Assembly (NCBI GenBank): GCA_041690135.1
Contig: JAWLHY010000002.1
Location: forward strand, 560,342-624,341
Direction of reading: 5' to 3'
DNA from: Armatimonadota bacterium
Lineage (GTDB): Bacteria; Armatimonadota; SYMT01
DNA length: 64,000 nucleotides
Positions 30,665-39,262 of the stretch are shown here, in pieces. Made by a program: the position numbers and the translations under genes. The notes under the pieces were generated by a model. The model was not told where the DNA came from and did no database searches. It saw only the letters and a program-made list of their open reading frames with translations. Each line of letters begins with the position of its first letter. Positions within the stretch are counted from its first letter, which is position 1.

Positions 30665-31806
30665 GCCGGTTCCTCCTCTTCTATTTCGGATTCCATCGGC
30701 GTCGGCCGGTGGGCGGCTGCAGGGGCGACTCCTCCCAGCAGCCCTTGATACAGCGACAGGTAACCTCGCGCCATTCGCTCGGGCGTGTAGGCCATGGCTC
30801 GTTCGCGGGCCGCAACGCCCAGGGAGCGGCGCAGGTCCGGCGCGGCGATCAGCCTTCGCAGGGTCTCTCGCAGCGCCTCGCTGTCGTCGGGAGGGACGAA
30901 CAGCGCCGCGTCTCCCCACACCTCTCGAAGGCTGGGGAGGTCGCCGAGCACCAGGGCACACCCGGCGAGACCCGCTTCCAGGGCGGAGAGCCCGAACGGC
31001 TCGTAGCGCGCCGGTAGCGCGTAGATGGCGGCACGCCCCATGGCCTCCGCCAGATCCGGGGGAGCGAGGCGCCCGAGCACCTGCACGTTCCGGTGGGTCG
31101 CGACGTTCCCATTCGGGTGGCGGCCGTCGCCGGCCACACAGACCGGCCAGTCCAGTCCCGCGGCCGCCGCTTCCAGCGCCTGAATGTTCTTCGCCTCATC
31201 CCACAGGCGTCCCGCGGCCAGGATGTAGTTCCCCTTCTCCGCGGGATTCGCGACGCGATGGAAGACATCCACCGTTCGGCCGTTCGGCACCACGTCCACG
31301 GCCGGGAAGGGACCGTAAAGCGCCTGCAACGCCTCCAGCATGGCGCGCGAGGGGGCGGTCACGGCGCCGGCAGCGGCGAGGCCCGCGGACACTTCGCGGC
31401 GGTACCGGTCCCAGGAGGGAGGGGCGGGCTCACCCCGGACCGCCTGCCACCAGGAGAGGACGCAGGAGTGTCCGACGACCAGCGCCGGCGCGCTCCACGG
31501 CAGGTTGCCGTGAACGTAGCCGTTCAGATGGACCACGTCCGGTCGGACGCACTGCTCCAGCCAGAGCAGCCACTCCCCCGCGGCCCGCACCTCGTCCCAC
31601 GGGTCGTCCATCCATTCCAGCTTGAACCCGCTGGGGATCAATTGGAGATCGGGAACCTGCTCCGCTTCTTCCTCCTGCTCGCGCGTGGGGAGCGCCCCCA
31701 TGGTCGCCAGGGCGGTGCGGATCCCATGAGGGTGCAGGGCCCGCGCCAGTTCCAGGGCATAGGTCCACACTCCGCCGACCGTATCGGCGGTCATCAGCAA
31801 CTGCAT
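30652..31806 (-). CDS. Glycosyltransferase family 4
   Basis: TADTVGGVWTY, AGRLWDEAKN, YEPFGLSALE (EX7E). Confidence 0.9.
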   Translation of the reverse strand: MQLLMTADTVGGVWTYALELARALHPHGIRTALATMGALPTREQEEEAEQVPDLQLIPSGFKLEWMDDPWDEVRAAGEWLLWLEQCVRPDVVHLNGYVHGNLPWSAPALVVGHSCVLSWWQAVRGEPAPPSWDRYRREVSAGLAAAGAVTAPSRAMLEALQALYGPFPAVDVVPNGRTVDVFHRVANPAEKGNYILAAGRLWDEAKNIQALEAAAAGLDWPVCVAGDGRHPNGNVATHRNVQVLGRLAPPDLAEAMGRAAIYALPARYEPFGLSALEAGLAGCALVLGDLPSLREVWGDAALFVPPDDSEALRETLRRLIAAPDLRRSLGVAARERAMAYTPERMARGYLSLYQGLLGGVAPAAAHRPTPMESEIEEEEPACAW

Positions 31807-32771
31807 CACAGCGATATCAGGGCCTTCATGAAGCCGTCCGGTCGCGTGCTGGTGGCCTCCAGCGCCTCTCCCAGCCGTTCCAGCGGATAGATGTGCGTGT
31901 AGAGCGGCGACGGGTCGAGCCGGTCATGGCTCACGGCCTCCACCGCCGCCTGAATCCCGGCGACATAGACCGCGGGATCGCGCTCGTGGGCGTTGATCAC
32001 GTCGAGACCGCGCCAATTCCAGAGTTGCATGTTGACCTGGCGCGGGCCGTCCTGGTGATACCCGGCCACGATCAGCCGGCCTCGTTCCCGGGTCAACTCG
32101 GCGGAGAGATCGAGCGGCCACTGCTTGCCTACGCATTCGACCACCGTGTCGCAGAAGGTGCCACCGGTCAGGGATCGCACCTGCTCAATGATTTGCCAGT
32201 GATCCTCCATCGGGATCGTCTCCGCTGCTCCCAGCGCCCGAGCCGTCGCCAGGGCGGAAGGCCGGCGGGTGATCGCGATGACGCGCGCTCCCGTCTGCGA
32301 GGCCAGCCGGGTGAGCAGCGATCCCAGGAAGCCGATGCCGACTATCGCGATCGTTTGCCCCGGCCGGATTTCGCTGCGCCGGAAGATGTTCATCGCACAG
32401 CCCAGCGGCTCGCCCGGGAAGGGACGGTCGTCCAACTCCGCGGGCAACGGCACCACCGCCTCGACCGGCGCCACATCATACTCCCCGTAGGCATGGTTCG
32501 AGAGCATCGCCACCCGCTGACCCGCTTGGAACCGGGAGACGCCCGGACCGACGGCATCGATCCGGCCCCAGCCCTCGTGTCCGAGTTGGCCCGGTTCCAT
32601 TGGATAACTGAACCACTCGCGGCCTTCCCACGGAGGAAGGTTGCTGGCGCAGACGCCGCAGCCTTCGAGGCGCACCCGCACCTCTCCGGTTCCCGGTTCG
32701 GGAAGCGAGACCTCCCGCACTTCGAAGCGGCGAGGCTCGACCAGTACCGCCGCGCGCATGGAAGCGGTCAT
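31806..32771 (-). CDS. Zn-dependent medium-chain (sugar/polyol) dehydrogenase
   Basis: GVC..., GHE, GIGFLG Rossmann motif; lacks the structural-Zn Cys loop; ATGA coupling. Confidence 0.88.
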   Translation of the reverse strand: MTASMRAAVLVEPRRFEVREVSLPEPGTGEVRVRLEGCGVCASNLPPWEGREWFSYPMEPGQLGHEGWGRIDAVGPGVSRFQAGQRVAMLSNHAYGEYDVAPVEAVVPLPAELDDRPFPGEPLGCAMNIFRRSEIRPGQTIAIVGIGFLGSLLTRLASQTGARVIAITRRPSALATARALGAAETIPMEDHWQIIEQVRSLTGGTFCDTVVECVGKQWPLDLSAELTRERGRLIVAGYHQDGPRQVNMQLWNWRGLDVINAHERDPAVYVAGIQAAVEAVSHDRLDPSPLYTHIYPLERLGEALEATSTRPDGFMKALISL

Positions 32772-34834
32772 GCGGCCATCTCCCGGGTGGAGAGCAGCGC
32801 CGTGCTTTGGAGCCACTCATAGAGGCGGCGGACACCCTGGCGGACGCCAACCCGCGGGTTCCAGCCGGTGGAGGCGCGAAACTTGGAGATGTCGGAGACG
32901 TAATACCGCTGGTCACCGGGGCGCCATTCGGAGAAGTTCACCACCGGCTTCTTACCGTGAAGCTCCCGGATCATATCGATCAGTTCCACCAGGCTGGTGG
33001 TGTTGGCGGGACCGCCGCCGATGTTGAAAGCCTGGCCGGTGAGGGCGTCCATGTTAGCCTGCGCGAGCAGGAAGGCGTCCACCAGGTCCTCCACGAACAG
33101 CACGTCCCGCACCTGCATCCCGTCCCCATAGAGGGTGATGGGGTCACCCATCAGGGCGCGGATGAGGAAGTGCGCTACCCAGCCCTGGTCCTCGGTTCCG
33201 AACTGGTGGGGACCGTAGATGCAGCTCATGCGGAACACGACGGCGGGGAGGCCGAACGTGCGGGCGTAGTCGAGCACATACTGGTCCGCGGTGCCCTTGG
33301 AGCAGCCGTAGGGGCTGTGGAAGTCCAGCGGATGCTCCTCGCTGATCCCGCACATGCGCAGCCGGTAGTCGACGGGTTCGTAACGGGCGTCGTGGGCTCG
33401 GAATGGGACTTGCTCCAGGCCGCCGTACACTTTATTGGTGGAGGTCATGACCAGGGGCGGGGGGTTCTCGCAGGCTCGCATCGCCTCCAGCAGGTTAAGG
33501 GTGCCGCGCGCGTTGACTTCGAAGTCGTGCATTGGGTCCACGAGGCTAGTGGTCACCGCCACCTGGGCCGCGAAGTGGAACACCTGGCTGGCCCGCTGGA
33601 CGGCTCGCCGCAGGGCGAAGGCGTCCCGGACATCCGCGACCTCGATCTGGAGGCGGTCACCATGGGTGCTGCGCAGCCACTGGAGGTTACGTTCGACACC
33701 CGGCCGGGCCAGGTTGTCGTACACCAGCACCGGCTGCCCGGAGGTGAGCAGGCAGTGCGCGAGGTTGGTGCCGATGAAACCGGCGCCGCCGGTAATGAGC
33801 ACGGGCCGTTCCTCTCCCCGCAGGAGACGCGCCGATTCGCCCATCCAGGCTGCCTCCCGGACCGCCTTGGGCCCGCCGCTCGACCAGAGCCGGTACAGCA
33901 GCTTGGGACTTCCGTCGGCGCGTTTGAGCCCGAAGTGGTAATCCCGCTCGTCCAGGTGGGAACCGTCGACCGTCAGGAGGTCTTGCTGCAGGTCGCGCGC
34001 CCCATGCCAGTAGACCCGTGCCACGGGGGCCTCAAGCGCGTTGACGAACTCCCGGAGTTGGCGGCGCTCGTCGTGCCGCCAGGTGGAGTAGCCGGTCTGC
34101 GTGATCCAGATCTCCGCCTCGGAGCCCTGCTGCGCCAGGACCTCGCGGACCTTGGCCACGTTGGTCTCCCAGCCCTCCCAGGTGTACTCAAAGGTACCTG
34201 GGAACGCGTGGATACCGACCGCATCGATATACTGCATCACCCCGCGCTCGAACATCAGGCGGAGGAAGTGCGGGTCCACCGGCCCGAGCCCGGCCAGGAG
34301 AGTCTTCTTGCCGCGCTGTTTGGCCCAGTATGCGGCTCCGCCGACCATCTCGCTGAACAGCCACCACTCGGGGTCGAGCGTCACGTCCCAATCGCGAATG
34401 TTATTGGAAGAGTTCCAGAGCTCGACCCACTCGAAGTGCTCGCCGAACCGGCTCAGGAGGCTGTCCAGCCAGTCGGCATAGGCCTTCGGCTCCCGTGGCG
34501 GGGAGGAGCTCTTCGGCGCGATGCCGAGCGAGGGCGGCGTGTAGGCGAAGCAGGGGAGCAGGTTCACCTGACTTGCCAGACGCGGCAGGAGCCAGGAATA
34601 CCAGCCTTCCCCTTCCGGCGTGCACCAATCGGCCCAGGAAACCCCCGTGCGCAACTCGGTGACCCCCAGGGTTTCGAGGTCCGCGAGCACCTTTTCGACG
34701 CTCTCGTACTCGCCGGGGCGGAACCACTCCACCAGGCCGACAAGGGGAGTCTCCGGCTCGCCGGCGGGTTCGGCGCGCCGGGCGGCCTTCCGCTGCCGTT
34801 CGGTGAGCGGGCGGTTTCGGGGAGGTTTCTTCAT
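32768..34834 (-). CDS. Fusion: GH-A-like TIM barrel (probably inactive) plus CDP-paratose-2-epimerase-like extended SDR
   Basis: N-half ELWNSSN/GIHAFP/WITQTGY; C-half TGGAGFIG, AAQVAVTTS, STNKVYG, YGCSK. Confidence 0.85.
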   Translation of the reverse strand: MKKPPRNRPLTERQRKAARRAEPAGEPETPLVGLVEWFRPGEYESVEKVLADLETLGVTELRTGVSWADWCTPEGEGWYSWLLPRLASQVNLLPCFAYTPPSLGIAPKSSSPPREPKAYADWLDSLLSRFGEHFEWVELWNSSNNIRDWDVTLDPEWWLFSEMVGGAAYWAKQRGKKTLLAGLGPVDPHFLRLMFERGVMQYIDAVGIHAFPGTFEYTWEGWETNVAKVREVLAQQGSEAEIWITQTGYSTWRHDERRQLREFVNALEAPVARVYWHGARDLQQDLLTVDGSHLDERDYHFGLKRADGSPKLLYRLWSSGGPKAVREAAWMGESARLLRGEERPVLITGGAGFIGTNLAHCLLTSGQPVLVYDNLARPGVERNLQWLRSTHGDRLQIEVADVRDAFALRRAVQRASQVFHFAAQVAVTTSLVDPMHDFEVNARGTLNLLEAMRACENPPPLVMTSTNKVYGGLEQVPFRAHDARYEPVDYRLRMCGISEEHPLDFHSPYGCSKGTADQYVLDYARTFGLPAVVFRMSCIYGPHQFGTEDQGWVAHFLIRALMGDPITLYGDGMQVRDVLFVEDLVDAFLLAQANMDALTGQAFNIGGGPANTTSLVELIDMIRELHGKKPVVNFSEWRPGDQRYYVSDISKFRASTGWNPRVGVRQGVRRLYEWLQSTALLSTREMAA

Positions 34835-35949
34835 ACCGCCAACCCTCTGGCCGCGAGCTCGGCTCGGGCTTGCTCGACCCGGTCTTCGGCGACCTGGCTT
34901 TCCAACCAGGAGGCTAGCTCAACGAACCCTTCCTCCAACTCCACCTGTGGGCGATAGCCCAGAACGTGCTGTGCGTGGGTGATGTCCGGGAAGCAGTGGC
35001 GGATATCTCCCATCCGGTACTTGCCGGTGACCTCGGGCTGGAGGTGCTCCTTCCCCAGGGCATCCGCCATCCGGTGGGCCAGCCCCAGGATGGTCTGCGG
35101 ACGACCGCTGCCGACGTTGAACACCTCGCCGGCCGCCTCCGGCACTTCGAGAGCGAGGCGACAGGCCTGGGCAACGTCCTTCACACTGACGAAGTCTCGC
35201 TGCTGATAGCCATCCTCATTGATGAGCGGCGGCTTGTTGTTGAGGAACCGGGAACCGAAGATTGCCAGCACGCCGGTGTAGGGATTTGAGAGTGCCTGTC
35301 GCGTGCCGTAGACGTTGAAGAATCGCAGGCCAACGGTCGGTATCTGGTAGGCCCGACCCACGGTGAGGCACATTCGCTCCTGGTCGTACTTGCCGAGGGC
35401 ATAGACGGATGGAAGGGTAGGCTGTTTCCATTCGGGCGTGGGAAGCGGCTCCAGGGTCTCGCCCTTCTCGTTGCGGACCTCCCAATCGCGACGCTTCAAC
35501 TGTTCCAGCGTGCGCTCGGGACCCGGAACGAGCGCTCCGGACGGGTCGCGGTAGAGGCCTTCCCCATAAATGCTCATACTGGAGGCGACGATCAACCGCT
35601 CCACCGGCCGTTCGATCAACGCCTCCAGCAGCACCGCAGTCCCGAGATTGTTGATGCTGGTGTAGCGCTCGATCTCGTACATGCTCTGGCCCACGCCTAC
35701 GATCGCCGCGAAGTGGTAGACGGCGTCCACGCCCTGCAGGGCTTTCCGCACCGCCTCCGGGTCGCGGATATCGCCCCGGATCAACTCCACTTCACGATCC
35801 AGGTAGCCCGGCCGCGCGGCATCCGGACCGTGGACCTGCGGCGCGAGATTGTCCAGCGCCCGCACGCGGTAACCTTTCGCCAGCAACTCGTCCGCCAGGT
35901 GAGAGCCAATGAACCCGGCACCCCCGGTGATTAGAACATGCTTCTTCAT
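34831..35949 (-). CDS. NAD-dependent NDP-sugar epimerase/dehydratase
   Basis: TGGAGFIG, ASSMSIYG, YALGK, RFFNVYG, RDFVSV. Confidence 0.92.
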   Translation of the reverse strand: MKKHVLITGGAGFIGSHLADELLAKGYRVRALDNLAPQVHGPDAARPGYLDREVELIRGDIRDPEAVRKALQGVDAVYHFAAIVGVGQSMYEIERYTSINNLGTAVLLEALIERPVERLIVASSMSIYGEGLYRDPSGALVPGPERTLEQLKRRDWEVRNEKGETLEPLPTPEWKQPTLPSVYALGKYDQERMCLTVGRAYQIPTVGLRFFNVYGTRQALSNPYTGVLAIFGSRFLNNKPPLINEDGYQQRDFVSVKDVAQACRLALEVPEAAGEVFNVGSGRPQTILGLAHRMADALGKEHLQPEVTGKYRMGDIRHCFPDITHAQHVLGYRPQVELEEGFVELASWLESQVAEDRVEQARAELAARGLAV

Positions 35950-36637
35950 CTTGTATGAATTTCTCGTGCACCCCCTCGGCCCGCGCAGCAGCCGAGTAGA
36001 TCCTGAGCACGTTTAGCAAGTTCCCCCGGCCTGGGAGAGGTAAACCCGTCTTTGCCTCAAGCGGCACTCCGGCCCCCTTCCCGCCCGGCGACGGAGCAGG
36101 TCGAGATAGCAGGGAGAGTGGAGAGTGCGCTGACTTTAGCGGGTACGGTGACCCGGGTAACCTCACCCCCGCCACCCACTTCGTGGGTACCCGGCTCTCC
36201 GACGCAGAGAGGGGGAATCCTTGCCGATTACGGAGTGATTCTTACGGTTGCTGACTACCGTTTTTGAGACTGTGCTGCCGTAAGTTAACGCACATGGGGG
36301 AGAGGGGAGGATGCGAGGGTGGAGGGTTCGCCAAGGTGTCAAGCGACCTGTTTCGCTCTCGCGGTACACGTACCACGAGTTGCTCTATAGGAGCGCGGAC
36401 GTCCCGTCCGCCGGTGGGTGCGACCTTGAGCCCTTTCGGCCCCCCGTCCCCCAATCCTGGGGAGGAACCGGCGCCACACCGACCAGCGAGGCCAGCAGAC
36501 AGGCGAATGAGGACCTGGTTTTGCGTATTGCAGTTCGAGCGGGCGGGGTACAACTCTGCTGCTGCGGCAGAAGTTGATGGAGCGCGGTGGGCGCGGATCG
36601 GTCGAGGGTGGGTGACCGGCGAGGGAAAGGACAGGGA

Positions 36638-37192
36638 ATGGTGAGGCGCATCAGCCGGCGGCCGGAACCGATGGTTACGGGAATCGTGACGCGTAATATC
36701 CGCGCACTCCTGGAAGTACGCAGCGAGGAAGCCTCGCACGCGACCCGCGAGACACGGATCGCCGATGCAATCACGCGTTTCGCCGGCAGCATGCGATTCG
36801 TATACGCGCACGCGCTGCTGTTCGGGGGGTGGATTCTGCTGAACCTGGGGCTGATTTCCGGGATCCGGCCATGGGACCCGTTCCCCTTCGTGATGCTGGC
36901 GATGTTCGCCTCAGTGGAGGCGATCTTCCTGTCGACGTTCGTCCTGATTAGCCAGAACCGGATGTCCGCCGCGGCGGAGCGGCGGGCGGAACTAGACCTG
37001 CAGGTCAGTTTGCTGTCGGAACACGAAGTCACTCGCCTGATCCAGATGGTGGATGCGCTCTGTACGCACCTGCAGGTGAATGTGGAACGACCGCCCGACG
37101 TGGAGGAATTGAAGCAGGACGTCCGCCCCGAGGTAGTGATTCACGAAATCGAGGCGGCCGAGGCACGGGAACGGAATCGGGAGGCAGCGTAG
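36638..37192 (+). CDS. DUF1003-family membrane protein
   Basis: IADAITRFAGS..F, WDPFPF..L, SVEAIFLSTFVLISQNR, DLQVSLLSEHE. Confidence 0.88.
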   Translation: MVRRISRRPEPMVTGIVTRNIRALLEVRSEEASHATRETRIADAITRFAGSMRFVYAHALLFGGWILLNLGLISGIRPWDPFPFVMLAMFASVEAIFLSTFVLISQNRMSAAAERRAELDLQVSLLSEHEVTRLIQMVDALCTHLQVNVERPPDVEELKQDVRPEVVIHEIEAAEARERNREAA

Positions 37193-37197
37193 GAGAG

Positions 37198-37297
37198 CGG
37201 GTGTTCAGGTAGTCAGGTGTGCGGGTGTTCAGGTGTTCAGGCGTGCGGGTGTGCGGGCCCTCCTGTGGGGGGACGTTCAGGCGCGCGGGTGTTCAGG
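37198..37297. repeat. Degenerate octamer tandem repeat (GGTGTTCA/GGTGTGCG)
   Basis: Directly after the DUF1003 stop; same unit family as 46698-46735. Confidence 0.75.
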
Positions 37298-37490
37298 TTC
37301 GGTTGATCGGCTGCAGTTGGACTGCAGCCGCCGGGTACCCGGAACGGGTGGCTCGTGCGCAGTTGCACTGCGCCGTTCCCGATTTGGTGCCGGTACTGGC
37401 GATCCGGGTGATCCGCGACGGCTGCGGACCAGAGTCCTCCGGAGTGCAACCCGTACGGGCGTATGCCGGCCCGCGATTGATTTTCATGTA

Positions 37491-38717
37491 CTACTCCGCC
37501 ACTCCTCCGGAAAGTGTGCCGGTGGCCCGCAAGCGGTCGGCGAACTCCGGGGGATCGGATTCGCGGATGACCACGTCCGGAGTCCCGTGCCAGGCGGCGC
37601 AGGACTGGAGGGTGGAGGCGAGCTCCGTCGCCAGTGCATCCGTGATTGCCACGCCGGGTTCCAGGTGAAGCCGGCGGATCTCAAAGAGGCCCTCCTGCCG
37701 GTGCGCCTTGGGGCAGAGGCGGCCGACGAGTGCCCCGCGGTGGAGGATGGGGAGCGTAAAGTAGCCGTAGCGACGCTTCTCGGCGGGCGTATACACTTCG
37801 ATGCGGTAGTCGAAGCCGAACAGCTCCGAAGCGCGGGCGCGGTCCCACACCACCGGATCGAAGGGGGACAGCAGCGTGGTGACCTCCGAGCGCAGTTCTT
37901 CGGCGGTGGCCGCTTCCGCTGCGTGCCAGTGGTCCGGGTGGACGTAGGCCGGCTCCGGGCCCAGGTCGGGAACGTCGACGGCGAGCAGTTCCCCTTCCTC
38001 CGCCAGGCGAGCCAGGCGGGCGGGCATTCCCCGCTTCGAGCGCCGGAAGTAGTCCGGCACCCACCGGGCGGGAGCCACCCCCAGGGCGTGAACCGTCTTC
38101 AGCGCCAGGGTACGCTCGATTTCCTCTTCCGTGAGAAGATCGGTGTCACTCCAGCCCGGCAGCACCCGCTCTTGGAGATCGTAGACTCGCTGGAAGTTCT
38201 CCCGCCGCGCGATCATCACTTCACCGCCGTCAAAGAGCTCCTCGAGAGCCACCTTTTCGGGCTTGCGATCCCACCATGCGCCGGCACGGCCGTCGGTCCG
38301 CTCGAACTCCGCGGCCCGGACCGTTCCGTCGCGCCGGATCCGTTCCAGCACGCGTTCCCCGACTTCCCCGTGCTGCCGTAACCACCCTTCCTGGCGAGAC
38401 TGGTTTCGGCGCCGGAGCATCGCGGGCCGGTAGAGTGGAAAATCTTCGATCGGAAGAAAGCAGGCAGCATGCGACCAGTATTCAAACAGCGCTCCCTCCG
38501 CCAGGAGATCATCGAGCCAGCGCGGTTCGTAGGCGCCCAGCCGGCTCCAGAGCACCAGCAGATGGCTTCGAGCGACAACGTGGATCGTGTCGATCTGCAG
38601 GGCTCCCATGCGGCGGATGCAGTGGAGCACGTCCGCCTTGGAGGCGGGGGATGGCGGCCGGTTCAACCCCTGGGCCGAAAGGTGGAGGGCGCGAGCGCCG
38701 GAAAGGGAGAGTTGCAT
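37491..38717 (-). CDS. ycaQ: YcaQ-like (HTH_42) interstrand-crosslink DNA glycosylase
   Basis: LQIDTIHVVARS (QxD), FEYWSHAA, LLSPFDP, YRIEVYTP...RRYGY. Confidence 0.88.
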   Translation of the reverse strand: MQLSLSGARALHLSAQGLNRPPSPASKADVLHCIRRMGALQIDTIHVVARSHLLVLWSRLGAYEPRWLDDLLAEGALFEYWSHAACFLPIEDFPLYRPAMLRRRNQSRQEGWLRQHGEVGERVLERIRRDGTVRAAEFERTDGRAGAWWDRKPEKVALEELFDGGEVMIARRENFQRVYDLQERVLPGWSDTDLLTEEEIERTLALKTVHALGVAPARWVPDYFRRSKRGMPARLARLAEEGELLAVDVPDLGPEPAYVHPDHWHAAEAATAEELRSEVTTLLSPFDPVVWDRARASELFGFDYRIEVYTPAEKRRYGYFTLPILHRGALVGRLCPKAHRQEGLFEIRRLHLEPGVAITDALATELASTLQSCAAWHGTPDVVIRESDPPEFADRLRATGTLSGGVAE

Positions 38718-38920
38718 GGCTGAACGCTTGTTTGATATTGCAGGGCATTTATCCTCCGTTCCGGCTGTGGTGCGGGCCATAGGCGGGTGGGATTGCGGCT
38801 CACCGGGGGACTGCCGCCAACATCACTTACCACCTGTGGGCCGGTCGATCCGGCGGTCGTCCATCCGGACCGATACCTGTAGTAACAACGGAACGGTCTA
38901 CGAATGAAGGAGAGACGGCG

Positions 38921-39121
38921 ATGCGGAACCTGTTCTTGATCCTGACGGCGGGCCTGGGTGCGTGGTGGATGGCGGCGCAGGCCCTGCAGTTGGGCGGCGG
39001 GCTGGTGGAGCACGCCACCACTGTTAATCCGTTGAGCGGTTTGATGATTGCCCCGGCGGTACTGTTTGGAGCGCTCGTCGGAGCGATGTTGGGGGCCCTT
39101 GCTTATCCGTCGGCCCGGTGA
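38921..39121 (+). CDS. Small 2-TM Gly/Ala-rich membrane protein
   Basis: AAGGAG RBS, two hydrophobic segments, GC-rich third codon positions. Confidence 0.65.
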   Translation: MRNLFLILTAGLGAWWMAAQALQLGGGLVEHATTVNPLSGLMIAPAVLFGALVGAMLGALAYPSAR

Positions 39122-39262
39122 ATGGGGACGACATGGTCGTCCTCGACACTCTCATGGCGCCTACTGATTCGGAGTACGGGGCCTCCTAACAGGAGCCCTT
39201 CCGTTTGCCGATAAAGGAAGGGGGAGGTCCTCGCCCGATCGGCCCCGCTCGATTCAGAATGT

